In this document: piece by piece, positions 1-9,644 of the stretch
Layout of the letters: each line of letters opens with the position of its first letter
How positions within the stretch are numbered: the first letter of the stretch is position 1
Virus record (IMG/VR): IMGVR_UViG_3300034091_000306
Origin: an uncultured virus (IMG/VR IMGVR_UViG_3300034091_000306)
Lineage: Duplodnaviria; Heunggongvirae; Uroviricota; Caudoviricetes
DNA: 64,000 bases
Strand: one strand, 5' to 3'
The notes under the pieces: model-generated
What the model saw: only the letters and a program-made list of their open reading frames with translations
Told to the model about the DNA's origin: nothing
The model's database searches: none
Position numbers and translations under genes: made by a program

Positions 1-185
1 CGAAGGTTGTTCTCTGCACAAACCTGCCATGCAAAATGTGCTCGAAGGCGATCGTCAACCTCGGCGGCGTTACGCGCGTCATCTACGCGAGGGACTACCG
101 CCTCAAGGATGGCCTCGAGATCTTGAAGCATGTCGGCATCGAAACGATTTGCATGATGCCGGAGGCGTTCGCGTTCGAGCCATGA
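1..185 (+). CDS. dCMP deaminase-like protein, C-terminal part (5' truncated by window edge)
   Basis: Frame from base 3 reads KVVLCTNLPCKMCSKAIVNLGGVTRVIYARDYRLKDGLEILKHVGI...*. PCxxC zinc motif followed by the typical V.Y...YR...G..L...GI tail; not in the ORF track. Confidence 0.75.
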   Translation, partial: KVVLCTNLPCKMCSKAIVNLGGVTRVIYARDYRLKDGLEILKHVGIETICMMPEAFAFEP

Positions 186-396
186 CACGCCTCGTCCGAG
201 ACATGGAGACGAGGCGCTACCGCGTGACGGCGTTCGGTCTATACGGAGAGCGCGTCCTCGCAGAGGTGAACGATCTCGAGGCTCTCGTCGCAGTGTGCGG
301 CTCCTCGACATCTGCGGTCGGGCCTCGGTCGAGGAGCTTACGAAGCGATGGTGGGGAGAGGACGAGCAGCAGATCCTGGTGTAGGCTTCTGTCACC

Positions 397-951
397 GTGA
401 CCTTCCTTCGGTGGCAGCGGAACCCTCAGACGCCAGCGGCGAACGTCGTGGTAGCGCTTCTCACCGACACGTCGATGTCGCTCGAGGATGTCAAGCAGGC
501 GGTCGAACAGGGGCCGCCCGAGCTCTGGGATGCGGTCACACGCACGATGGTCCCTCGCAAGGACGTCCTCCGCGCCCTTGCCGCGATCGTCCCACCTCCG
601 CTGATTCCCATCGGCGAGACCCTCGTCGTCTACCACGCGACGGACGGCGAGACGGCGAAGCAGCTCCTCCAGCGCGGATTCATCCCTGAGACAAAGCCAA
701 GGCGACGGGAGGGCTTCGACTACGCGCCCGGACGAGGCCTCGACGAGGGGCTGTACGTAGGCGCGACACCACGATCGGTGGATAGCTATGGCCGCGTGAT
801 ACTCGCCATCGAGATCCCTACGTCATGGTTGCACGTTCCTCAGGAGCTGGCGCAACTCGGCGAGCGCGATCCGTTGAGGGCGCTACGTTCCCACGACGGT
901 GCAGTCATCCGGACGAGGATCCCGGCGATGCTCTTCATGAGGGTTCGATGA
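397..951 (+). CDS. ADP-ribosyltransferase-fold protein (His-type) with FLRW..NP leader
   Basis: MTFLRWQRNP leader; VVYHAT...LLQRGF...GRGLDEGLYV resembles the YHxT / G.GxY strands of the ART/PARP-like fold. Confidence 0.55.
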   Translation: MTFLRWQRNPQTPAANVVVALLTDTSMSLEDVKQAVEQGPPELWDAVTRTMVPRKDVLRALAAIVPPPLIPIGETLVVYHATDGETAKQLLQRGFIPETKPRRREGFDYAPGRGLDEGLYVGATPRSVDSYGRVILAIEIPTSWLHVPQELAQLGERDPLRALRSHDGAVIRTRIPAMLFMRVR

Positions 952-1250
952 GCAATACAAGCGACATAGTGATTGGTCTACTGGTTGTAAGTGTCGCTGG
1001 AGCCGCTTTCGCCTATATCACCCAAAATAATTGGCGTACTGGTGTGCCCAAAGTTGAATTGCAGCTGATTTCGACTCCTCCGGAATGGTATTCCGTCCTT
1101 TCACGACAGCGTACTCAAAAAGCAGCGATCATCGACGCCGCTAACCGCAAATTGGCGGCGCGAGAAAAACAGGGCTTCGATGATCCGATCGTAATAATCA
1201 AACCCAAAAAAAGGGGCGGCCGATGGCTTGTAGTGCGGAGAGATCTATGA
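948..1250 (+). CDS. small membrane protein
   Basis: ATGA overlap with previous stop; N-terminal hydrophobic helix IVIGLLVVSVAGAAFAYI. Confidence 0.55.
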   Translation: MSNTSDIVIGLLVVSVAGAAFAYITQNNWRTGVPKVELQLISTPPEWYSVLSRQRTQKAAIIDAANRKLAAREKQGFDDPIVIIKPKKRGGRWLVVRRDL

Positions 1251-1696
1251 ACTTCCTCCGCTTCCAATCCAATCCCGTGATGCTTCGTGATCGTATCGCA
1301 CTCGACGGCGCGAAGGCGAAGCTCTGGGAACCGATCATGGATTGGATTCAGCGACCAAGCGAGGGAAAGGCGAACCTGATCGCAACGTACGAGAGTCTCA
1401 GCGATCGAGAGAAGTATCTACTCGATGAAGACATCCTCCATGTCTTCGAGAGGGAGTACGGCGCCGATACAGTGATCGTCTACCGTTACAGGACTCGTGA
1501 AGGAAACATGAGCGGCATGAGCGTGTCAGACGTCGAGCCGAAGTATCTTGGTACGAGCGGCTACAGAGCATTTCGCATCCATGCTTCCGATGTCCTCGCA
1601 CATTACGGACAAGACGGAGTGCCTCTCGGCAACAGACAGTTCAGGCACGAGAAGGAAATCATTCTGAAGCCTGATGCGAGGCCGGAGGCGCTATGA
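1247..1696 (+). CDS. ADP-ribosyltransferase-fold protein (R-S-E type) with FLRF..NP leader
   Basis: MNFLRFQSNP leader; IVYR ... GMSVS ... HEKEIIL matches the R / SxS / ExE pattern. Confidence 0.5.
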   Translation: MNFLRFQSNPVMLRDRIALDGAKAKLWEPIMDWIQRPSEGKANLIATYESLSDREKYLLDEDILHVFEREYGADTVIVYRYRTREGNMSGMSVSDVEPKYLGTSGYRAFRIHASDVLAHYGQDGVPLGNRQFRHEKEIILKPDARPEAL

Positions 1697-2376
1697 GCAA
1701 ATTCCTTCGCTTCACGAAGCGTAATCCAATCGAAGACGAGTACCTGTACCACGTGACGTACTATGGCCGCCTCGCGCCCATTGCGGCTAGAGGTCTTCGT
1801 CCAGGCCAACCCAGATCTATCGGCGGCGAGGTCTACGATTCGCATCGCAAGCGTAGAGTCTTTCTAACAGAAGGTGGTGGTGTCTTCTTCTGGCATAGCA
1901 GGACAGAAGCGTTCGCTGAGCACAACTCCGACAACGTCATCGAGGACGGACTAGTGCCCGTCGTTCTACGTGTTCGCAGAGCGATGCTCGAAGAGGACAA
2001 CGATCTCGAGCTCGATGAAATCGGAACGAGCGATTCAGGCGGATACGAATCGTGGATGCTTGTGGACAACATAATTCTACCGGAAGACATTGAGGTCTGG
2101 AACGGACGCCGATGGGTATCCATCGACGACTGGAACAGTGTCGATCCGACAATCGCTCTCGATGAAGAAGAGGGCGAATCGGGCGACGACGACGACGGTG
2201 AAGACGAAGGACACGTCTACGATCTCGTTCTCTTCCTGGGCCTCCTCGGGCTCTTCTGCTTCGCAAAGGCTTACACGCTCGCTACAAATGACCACGATAA
2301 GCACATCTGCGTGGGCGCTTGCGCGATCATCCTCTGCGGAATCGTCATTCGTCTCTTCGAGGTGCCGGAGACATGA
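1693..2376 (+). CDS. ART-fold (KptA/DarT-like) protein with FLRF..NP leader, acidic linker and C-terminal hydrophobic segments
   Basis: MSKFLRFTKRNP; YLYHVT...LAPIAARGLRP...VFLT...PVVLRV...ILPEDIEV. Confidence 0.55.
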   Translation: MSKFLRFTKRNPIEDEYLYHVTYYGRLAPIAARGLRPGQPRSIGGEVYDSHRKRRVFLTEGGGVFFWHSRTEAFAEHNSDNVIEDGLVPVVLRVRRAMLEEDNDLELDEIGTSDSGGYESWMLVDNIILPEDIEVWNGRRWVSIDDWNSVDPTIALDEEEGESGDDDDGEDEGHVYDLVLFLGLLGLFCFAKAYTLATNDHDKHICVGACAIILCGIVIRLFEVPET

Positions 2377-2600
2377 GCGGCAAGTGCATGGGTCCCAAGA
2401 ATCAGAAGCTGTTCGCGGAACGCTGTCTCGCTCCTGCGACGCACATCACAATCCAAGGACCGCATTGCGCCGCCTGCGCAGAAGCTCTTCGCAAATCGCT
2501 TCGCGATCCGAACACGCTCGGCAACATCCTTGCCGGCAACCGCGCGAGGACCGAGGAAGAGATCGCGCTCATGGTGAGGCTGCTGCAGTAGCCGCAGGCT

Positions 2601-2626
2601 GACCGACGGGGCACCCACAGTGGGGG
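2601..2626 (+). repeat. dispersed 26-27 bp motif, copy 1
   Basis: GACCGACGGGGCACCCACAGTGGGGG. Confidence 0.95.
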
Positions 2627-2627
2627 T

Positions 2628-3281
2628 CTAGCGCTCGCCGGAGTAGATGAGCCGCACGCGCGAGCCGCCGTGAAGCGTCGGGCCCTGGTACTGACACGGC
2701 GGAGTCGGATTGTACTGCGTGCCTGCCTTGCATCCGGTCCCCCCAGGCACGAACCCGCAAGGGGGCTGCTGCCGGGCGACGCAGATGTCGCAGCCTAGGG
2801 GAAAGAGCCCGTAGACGTTCTCGTTGCCGTGCGCTCCCTTCGGCGGGCCGAGCGTGCGCGTTCCCTTGGCGTCATCGATCTCGAGAGCGAGCTCGTTTGA
2901 GTAGCCGTCAACCAAACTTACGTCGGTGATGTCGTACCAGTTCGGGTTGTTGATGTTGATCTCGGCCTTCGTCGACGCGCACGTGACGGGCGAGTTCACG
3001 GTGAGGGTCGCGTTGAAATACTTCCCGTTCAACGGCAATTCCTGCTTCGACTTCGCCGCGAGAGGGAACGAGCAGTTGAGGCGCGTCGTGGTCGGACAAA
3101 ACGCCCACGTTGGCCCTGCCGGCAGCACGACGGAGTCGGAGCCGAACGCGATGTAGACCACGCTCCCTGCGTCCGTGTCGTTGTAGACATCGACGGTGCT
3201 CGAGGTCACGCGCGTCACGAAGAACACGACGATGAGCACGAACGCGACACCCGCGAATCCACCTGCGATCTTCTTCATCAT
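2628..3281 (-). CDS. secreted/membrane-anchored thaumatin-like Cys-rich protein
   Basis: N-terminal hydrophobic helix after MMKK; TKAEI...YDITDVSLVDGYSN resembles the thaumatin T.AEF...YDVSLVDGFN signature; many Cys. Confidence 0.6.
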   Translation of the reverse strand: MMKKIAGGFAGVAFVLIVVFFVTRVTSSTVDVYNDTDAGSVVYIAFGSDSVVLPAGPTWAFCPTTTRLNCSFPLAAKSKQELPLNGKYFNATLTVNSPVTCASTKAEININNPNWYDITDVSLVDGYSNELALEIDDAKGTRTLGPPKGAHGNENVYGLFPLGCDICVARQQPPCGFVPGGTGCKAGTQYNPTPPCQYQGPTLHGGSRVRLIYSGER

Positions 3282-3382
3282 GCGGGTGATGATAGCGCAG
3301 GTATGAATACCTGCGCACCTAGAGCCGTCCGACGTCGCACCCTCACCAACCGCCGTCGCCCTGAGCACGGCCAGCATCGCCA

Positions 3383-3408
3383 CCACCACTGTGGGTGCCT
3401 CGTCGGTC
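3383..3408 (-). repeat. dispersed motif, copy 2
   Basis: reverse complement GACCGACGAGGCACCCACAGTGGTGG. Confidence 0.93.
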
Positions 3409-3960
3409 ACCCTGTCTCGTGCGCCAAGCGTGATTGTCTTCCATGCGGCCGAGGATGACAGCGCCGACGATCGCAAGGACTACCGCGAACACGAGGAGCA
3501 GGAAGACCTGGAACGTTACTTCGGAATCGTGACGGCATTCGACGCAGGGTAATTTCTGCCCGCGATGCACGTCGCATTCGTTTGGCCACATCGTTAGCGA
3601 AGGATGCTACAAGGGAAGGTCATGATCTGCACCTCAAGTTCCCTTGACACCTCGCTTCGTTCTGCGTTGACGTCCGCCATCGAGGATCGGGACTGGGACG
3701 CTGCGGTGGATCTCTCACGAACAATCGCGCGTCGTGCGGTCAGGTGTGCAGGAACGATCGAGCCTGATCTTCGGGAAATGCTCGAGGAAGCATCGCGGAT
3801 CATCATGCGCGGGGCGTTTTCCGCCTGACTCTTGCTATACGTTGTCGTGCAGAAATTCTTCGTGTAGCCTCTTCCAGTGTCGAACGAAGCGTTTTCCGCG
3901 TCGCCCACTTGAGACGAGAACGCTTCGTGCCTACCTTGCCGACCGTCAAGAGGAGACCGC

Positions 3961-4767
3961 ATGTCATCAGACGAGAACTACGAGATGAACGCGACCTCCT
4001 CTTGCGGCTGCAAGCACGTCGCCCAAACCGCGCAGGAGGACCTCCCGAAGCTCTCCCGCGGACTCCCGGCCATCGCCGAGGGGTTCTCCGCCGAACCGCT
4101 CCTCGCTCTCGAGGACGGCGTCTACGAGTGTGCTGACGGTAGCTGCGGCACAAATCTGACGCACTCCGTCATCCCCAGCGGCATTCGGTTCGACACGGTG
4201 AGGAAGAACCCGCAGGGCCTCTACGAAGCTTCCTCAAGCACCATCATCGACATCCCGGCACAGCTCCGCGAGGCGTGGGAGGTGACGGGGCCGGCGCACG
4301 GGCCGAATCGTTCGTGTCTTCCATGGGTTCGTATCAGTCGTGATCCGCAGTCGTTCAGCGGATGTCTCGCGGCTGCGCGTCAGCTCGGACCGATGAAGTA
4401 TCCAAAATCTTGTTTCAAGCTGATGCAGAAGTGGTTCTCGACGCAAGATCAGGAAGTCTTCGTCGTTGTGCTTCTCGATACGCAGCTTCAAGTTCGCGGT
4501 GTCGGTGAAATTTCCCGCGGCGCGCGTGATAGTGTGCAGACGCCCATCCCGGACATCCTTCGACTTCCGATCGTGGAGGGCGCGAAGGCGATGATCGTGA
4601 TGCACAATCATCCGAGCGGAAAGGTCAATCCCTCAAAAGCTGATAAGGCGTTGACCAAGACACTCAAGCAGGCGTGCGACACGGTGAACATCGATCTGTT
4701 CGACCATCTCGTCGTGGGGCCAAACGAATACTTCAGCTTTGCCAACGAAGGCTTGCTGAAACACTGA
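3961..4767 (+). CDS. radC: RadC-like JAB/MPN domain protein
   Basis: QEVFVVVLLD...MHNHPSGKVNPSKADKALT...DLFDHLVVG...YFSF: HNHPSG/S..D/DH JAB motifs. Confidence 0.9.
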   Translation: MSSDENYEMNATSSCGCKHVAQTAQEDLPKLSRGLPAIAEGFSAEPLLALEDGVYECADGSCGTNLTHSVIPSGIRFDTVRKNPQGLYEASSSTIIDIPAQLREAWEVTGPAHGPNRSCLPWVRISRDPQSFSGCLAAARQLGPMKYPKSCFKLMQKWFSTQDQEVFVVVLLDTQLQVRGVGEISRGARDSVQTPIPDILRLPIVEGAKAMIVMHNHPSGKVNPSKADKALTKTLKQACDTVNIDLFDHLVVGPNEYFSFANEGLLKH

Positions 4768-4785
4768 AATCTCGGAGAGAACAAA

Positions 4786-5574
4786 ATGGCAAAGCAGATT
4801 GCGATCGTCTCGGTGGCGGATCTCAGCGGGGGTCAGTGGCAGCTCGGATCTCCCATTCCCGATCATGCGGTGAAGGGTCCGAACGGGGAAGTGACGTGGG
4901 CGTTCAAAGAAAACACAAGTATCGAGCGGATGATCCGCGTCGGTAGCTACGTGGAAATCTTTGGGCGCACCACGGACGGAAAGCCTGTTCATCAGACGCT
5001 CATGCCGCCGCTCATCAGTCTCGTCTTCTCTTCCGCTCCGCGTGCGGAATGGGAAGAGCTTCTGAATGCAATTTCTCCGGAGACAGAGCGCCTGGATGAG
5101 GTGCTCGACATCTCCGGCAACGTGTGGCGGATGAACGGTACATTTCCGGGTGACACCTCCACGACCATCGTGGCGATGGTGTCTACGGGGGAAGACACGA
5201 TCGATATCTACATCCTTCCGCATCCCGGCTCCGAGCTCGATAGGCAGGGCTTTGCAATCATCGCCACGCTCATGCCGCTCACTGTGCAACGAACGACGGC
5301 GAACAAGCTCACGCTTCAGCAGTACATGAGCATCATGCATGCTTCGCAGCAGGCGGCCGAAGAGAATGCTTTGGCGCTCTTGGAAGACGAAGAGGAGGAA
5401 GAGGAAGAGGAGGAAGAGGAGGAAGTCGAAGAGGTCGTTCAGCAGGCGGCTGCGGCGGCGCGTCCTTCGCCGCACATGCCGTCCGCAAGCGCTGTCGCTT
5501 CCGCATTCGCGCCTCCTCCCGCAGCAGCGGCGCCTCTTCCGAACGGTTCGGGATCGACGACACCCGAAACCTGA
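4786..5574 (+). CDS. hypothetical protein with poly-Glu tract and Ala/Pro tail
   Basis: 262 aa ORF, GGAGAG RBS, coding-like composition. Confidence 0.7.
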   Translation: MAKQIAIVSVADLSGGQWQLGSPIPDHAVKGPNGEVTWAFKENTSIERMIRVGSYVEIFGRTTDGKPVHQTLMPPLISLVFSSAPRAEWEELLNAISPETERLDEVLDISGNVWRMNGTFPGDTSTTIVAMVSTGEDTIDIYILPHPGSELDRQGFAIIATLMPLTVQRTTANKLTLQQYMSIMHASQQAAEENALALLEDEEEEEEEEEEEEVEEVVQQAAAAARPSPHMPSASAVASAFAPPPAAAAPLPNGSGSTTPET

Positions 5575-5620
5575 TCTTCGTTTCATTTACTCACTACCGA
5601 TCACCACGAGATACCCAATC

Positions 5621-6934
5621 ATGATCCAAGCGACGCTTGCCTATACCGCGAAGGTTGTTAGTCCGAATCATATCGGAAATCTCGCCAGTCTCATGGCGAG
5701 CATCGCGCTCGACTACGATGAGTTGCCGACGCTTGGAGCAAGTCTCGTTTCAGATACGACGGCGGCGGCTTCGAAGACTGTGACGAGAACGCTTGTCGTC
5801 AGTTTCTTCGCGATACCGAATTTTTATCCGGTGACGGATCACGCCGAGCAACCGGCGAGTATCGAGGGGAGCGTCGATCTTACGACGCTTATATACGGCG
5901 GTAGCGGAAGCCTCAACGGTCAAACGTTGATCCTCGACTACAGCGGTAGCGGCGCAGAAGTCGCGATGATGTTTGGGGCTCCGGTGAGTCCGGCAGATGC
6001 CATCGCAGAAATCAACGCAGCGTTCAATCCAAACGTCATCGCTTCCCAGGACAGCGTCACGAATGAGCTCATTCTGACGACGCTCGCGGAAGGGCCGTCG
6101 GCAAGCCTCGCCATCATCGTCGGCGGCACCGCCGTGTCGACGCTCGGTCTTACGGCAACGATTCCGCCGACGTATGCGTACGGCATCGCGGCCAATCCGT
6201 TCCGCGGCACGATCGAATCGAGCAGCCCCAATGATGCCGCGAACGGGTCCGGCCTTCAGCTCGTTCGAATCAACTACATCGATCCGAAAGGGAATGGCGG
6301 CTTCGAAGATGCGGAGATGAATGGGACTACGCCCGTCATTCTGTCGATGTCGGACAAGACGACGATCACGTCCATCGTTCCCATCACGGGAACGCCGGTC
6401 GGGCTCATCACCATCTATACCGGCGATCCTACGAAGGTCGTTCGAAGTTTCGCAACAGGCCGGTTTCTGTCACCCGGTACGCCAACGCAGACGTTCAATT
6501 CCGGCTATGCGTGCGGAGATTGTGCAGGCCAGATCCTGAACGACTTCACGGGAACGATCATTTCGACGAGCAACAATGACGGACCGAGCGGCAGCGGCGC
6601 GACGACGGTGACGATCGATTATCTGGACGCTCTCGGAAATCCGCATTCGCAAGTGGTATCGCTCAACGGCCAGACATCCGTAGTGCTTCCTACGAGCGAT
6701 CACGCCACCATCACAGCCATCACGCCGAACGTTCCGAATACCGGAATCATCACCATCTACACCGGAGACGATACGATTTCGGCGGGAGCTCCGGCAGCTA
6801 CGTTGCCGGCGAGCTTCGTCGCGAACTTCCCGAACGGTACCGATCAGACAGCGCCGTTCTGGGATCTCTACACGCATACGCTAGCAAACGGTCTCGGATC
6901 GGTCGTTAGTGCGGCGGCTCCCGTTCTAAGCTGA
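5621..6934 (+). CDS. putative virion structural protein with a duplicated ~75 aa beta module
   Basis: Thr/Ser/Gly-rich; F.GTI.S.S.ND...GSG...V.I.Y.D..GN......NG.T.V.L..SD..TIT.I.P......G.ITIYTGD occurs twice; start placed at ATG 5621. Confidence 0.6.
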   Translation: MIQATLAYTAKVVSPNHIGNLASLMASIALDYDELPTLGASLVSDTTAAASKTVTRTLVVSFFAIPNFYPVTDHAEQPASIEGSVDLTTLIYGGSGSLNGQTLILDYSGSGAEVAMMFGAPVSPADAIAEINAAFNPNVIASQDSVTNELILTTLAEGPSASLAIIVGGTAVSTLGLTATIPPTYAYGIAANPFRGTIESSSPNDAANGSGLQLVRINYIDPKGNGGFEDAEMNGTTPVILSMSDKTTITSIVPITGTPVGLITIYTGDPTKVVRSFATGRFLSPGTPTQTFNSGYACGDCAGQILNDFTGTIISTSNNDGPSGSGATTVTIDYLDALGNPHSQVVSLNGQTSVVLPTSDHATITAITPNVPNTGIITIYTGDDTISAGAPAATLPASFVANFPNGTDQTAPFWDLYTHTLANGLGSVVSAAAPVLS

Positions 6935-6945
6935 GGGTTATACCA

Positions 6946-8970
6946 ATGGCGCGTCGAAGAGTGAGTGTGGCCGACAAGAAAGTGAATCAAGAGCCGGAGG
7001 CTGATCCCGCCGAGGTGGCGAGTGAGATGTTCGGCTCGGAAGTGCCGAAGAACAGCGACGGCACGATCAAGGCGGATGCAGAGCTCGAACCGGCGCAGGT
7101 GAAACGTATTGGCGCGCTCAGTGCCGAGAGCGTGCAGCGCAATCGCGTAGAAGCGGCCAAGGTTCGAAAAGCGCGCTCCGGCGACAGTGTCCGCTGGAGC
7201 GAAGACGACGCGCGAATCATGTTCGACTACGTCAAGAAGTCGTGGCCGACCGGCGTGAAGATTCTGATCAAGCGAATCGATCACGACGAGCAGGAGTTTC
7301 GTCCTGTCGAAGTGTCTTCTCTCCGGGATTCGACGGGATTCTATGACTATGTCACGCATAATATCCACAAGAGTCACACGGCTGCTCGGTACTCTTGCGT
7401 ATTTCGAGACAGCGTCGAGCGCGGCAAAGCCTATTTGAATATGCCTGACACAACTGCAGAAACACTGAGGAATGAAACCATGGCGGGAGGAAATGGAATG
7501 CCGGGTGGTGGGATGCCGTTTCCGCCGCAGTTCCCTGGGGGATATCAGTATGGCTACCCGCAGGGAGGTTATCCGCAGCAGGGGTATCCGCAGCAGGGCT
7601 ATCCTCCGCAGTATCCTCAGCAGCAAGGCTATCCGCAGCAGCCGTACCAGCAGCAGCCGCCGTACCAGCAGCAGCCGCCGTACCAGCAGCAGCCGCCTCC
7701 TCAGCAACAACTTCCTCCGGCACCGACTCCGCAGCCGGCACCTGCGCCTGTAGCTGCCGCTCCCGTCGAGCAGCCGTACACGCAGCAACCGCAGCAGCAG
7801 CAGCCGCAGCAGCCGTATCCGCCGCAGCAGCAACAGCCCCAGCAGCCGTATCCGCAGCAGCAACAGCCACAGTATGGTTATCCGCAGTATCCGCAGCCGC
7901 CGCAGCCCGCACCGCGCGACAACGCGCTCGAGGCGCAGGTATATACAATGTACCAAGAGAATCAGAAGCAGCAGGAGTTGATTCGAAATCAGCAGTTGCA
8001 GCTGGAACGAACGCTTGGGATGTTCGAAGCGTTCATGAATCAGCAGCGTGCTGCCGTGCCTGCTCCTCAACCTCCTCAGCCGGTTCAACCGCAGCAGCCC
8101 ATCCAGCAGCAGCAACCGCCGATGCAGCAGCCCTACGGCATGGGCGGGTTCGCGCATGTGCCGCCTGGAGCGCCTCCGGCCATGAACGGTGCGGGTCCCG
8201 GCTTCGGCGCTCCGCCAGCCTACGTCCCGCCGCAAGCGCAGTCTTACGTGCAGGTTCCTCCGGGCGCTTACCCGCAGCAAATTGCGCCACAGGGCGGCTA
8301 CCCGCAGCAGCAGGGCTACCCGCAGCAACAGCAGCAGCCGCCCCAGCAGACCTATCCACAGGGTTACCCGCAACCTGGGTACAATCCGCAGCAATCGCAG
8401 CAACAGCCGCCGCAGCAGCAGCAGCCCTCCAACCCCATGGTGGCTGTGCAGCAGCAGATGCAGCAAGCCGCGCAGATGATGCAGACGGTCAAACGTATCG
8501 GTGAGGACTTCTCACGCACCTTCGCGGGTGAGACGGAACCTGAGGAGGAGTCTCCGATTCCGGGGATGCCGCCCACACCGCCGGACGAGCCGCCGCCATT
8601 CCGCACGATCCCGCTTGGACCGACGCCAGATGCGATGCAGTACGCCTACAACCCGCATGATGGGAGCCCCAACTGGCTCGGCATCGGTCTCGCGAACATG
8701 CCGAAGATCGCAGGCTGGATCGACAAGGTCGCAACCACTGTCGTGAACATGAAGCAGCGGGAGGACGCCGAGCGCGCCGCCGCGATGGGTCAAACGATCA
8801 CCGTTCCAGCGGCCGAGCAGCCGCAGTACCAGCCGCAGGCGCGACTCCCGGCGCACGTAGCGCCTGCACCTGCCCCCGCGCCACAACCGCCGCCTCCTCA
8901 GGCGCCCCCGCGTCAAGGGATCGGCTTCCCTTCGATGGCCGCCTTCAGGCATGCGATTCCGAACGGTTAG
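6946..8970 (+). CDS. Gln/Pro/Tyr-rich low-complexity protein with globular N-terminus
   Basis: 674 aa; repeats GYPQQ, YQQQPP; short coiled-coil-like segment. Confidence 0.8.
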   Translation: MARRRVSVADKKVNQEPEADPAEVASEMFGSEVPKNSDGTIKADAELEPAQVKRIGALSAESVQRNRVEAAKVRKARSGDSVRWSEDDARIMFDYVKKSWPTGVKILIKRIDHDEQEFRPVEVSSLRDSTGFYDYVTHNIHKSHTAARYSCVFRDSVERGKAYLNMPDTTAETLRNETMAGGNGMPGGGMPFPPQFPGGYQYGYPQGGYPQQGYPQQGYPPQYPQQQGYPQQPYQQQPPYQQQPPYQQQPPPQQQLPPAPTPQPAPAPVAAAPVEQPYTQQPQQQQPQQPYPPQQQQPQQPYPQQQQPQYGYPQYPQPPQPAPRDNALEAQVYTMYQENQKQQELIRNQQLQLERTLGMFEAFMNQQRAAVPAPQPPQPVQPQQPIQQQQPPMQQPYGMGGFAHVPPGAPPAMNGAGPGFGAPPAYVPPQAQSYVQVPPGAYPQQIAPQGGYPQQQGYPQQQQQPPQQTYPQGYPQPGYNPQQSQQQPPQQQQPSNPMVAVQQQMQQAAQMMQTVKRIGEDFSRTFAGETEPEEESPIPGMPPTPPDEPPPFRTIPLGPTPDAMQYAYNPHDGSPNWLGIGLANMPKIAGWIDKVATTVVNMKQREDAERAAAMGQTITVPAAEQPQYQPQARLPAHVAPAPAPAPQPPPPQAPPRQGIGFPSMAAFRHAIPNG

Positions 8971-9057
8971 CGCTGAATTTCATCGTCGATCGGCAACGCC
9001 GAATGGCTGCGTAACTCCGCGGAAGTATGGCAGCGGTTGTCGTGATAGGCTTTGGCC

Positions 9058-9630
9058 ATGTGGCCGACGTCCGACCATGACGGATCGCATGCATCTGATC
9101 TTGCCGTCCATCAAGGCGTGATCTCTTGTGTAGGCGTCGCCGCGCCCGCGCCGCCTCCGAACACGAATCCCGCCCCCAGCTCGAGCCCGACCGCGGTGGC
9201 TGCGGCGACGGCCGCTGTCGTTGTGGGCCTCATCATCGTCGTGAAGCTTGCCATCGTCTACTCGACGGCGAAGGACGTCGTTTCGACCGGCAAGCGCGCG
9301 GCAACGTGGGCGAAGAAAGAGCGCGATCAGCTTCGGGCGGCGAGGGCGGCTAAGGCCGCTGCGAAGGCGCAGGCCAAGGCTGAGAAGACAGCAGCCAAAA
9401 CAGCGAAACCGAATCCAGTGGCGACGAGCTCCACAGGTGGCCGGACGGTCGCCTACCGCGTGCGACTCGGCATCGATCCTTACAACGAGACGATCATCGC
9501 GCGTAGTGATGGTCGCGCCACTCTCGTTCGTCAACGAGTTCCGATTGCGACATTCCGACCGACGGAATATCAAAATGCGAAGATCCGATCTGGCTACGGC
9601 GAGGTCCTCGTCTTCACCGATCAGCTCTAA
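9058..9630 (+). CDS. membrane protein, TM followed by basic linker and NP motif
   Basis: hydrophobic AVVVGLIIVVKLAIVY, Lys/Ala linker, AKPNPV then small domain; start uncertain. Confidence 0.6.
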   Translation: MWPTSDHDGSHASDLAVHQGVISCVGVAAPAPPPNTNPAPSSSPTAVAAATAAVVVGLIIVVKLAIVYSTAKDVVSTGKRAATWAKKERDQLRAARAAKAAAKAQAKAEKTAAKTAKPNPVATSSTGGRTVAYRVRLGIDPYNETIIARSDGRATLVRQRVPIATFRPTEYQNAKIRSGYGEVLVFTDQL

Positions 9631-9644
9631 GAGGGATTTGTCTC

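Noticed and set aside
5389..5425. GAR-rich tandem repeats (also 30097-30145)
   Set aside because: Simply encode poly-Glu tracts
6868..8466. Long minus-strand ORFs opposite real genes (also 14681..16939, 17296..18354, 4633..5586)
   Set aside because: Antisense shadows of GC-rich or low-complexity coding sequence
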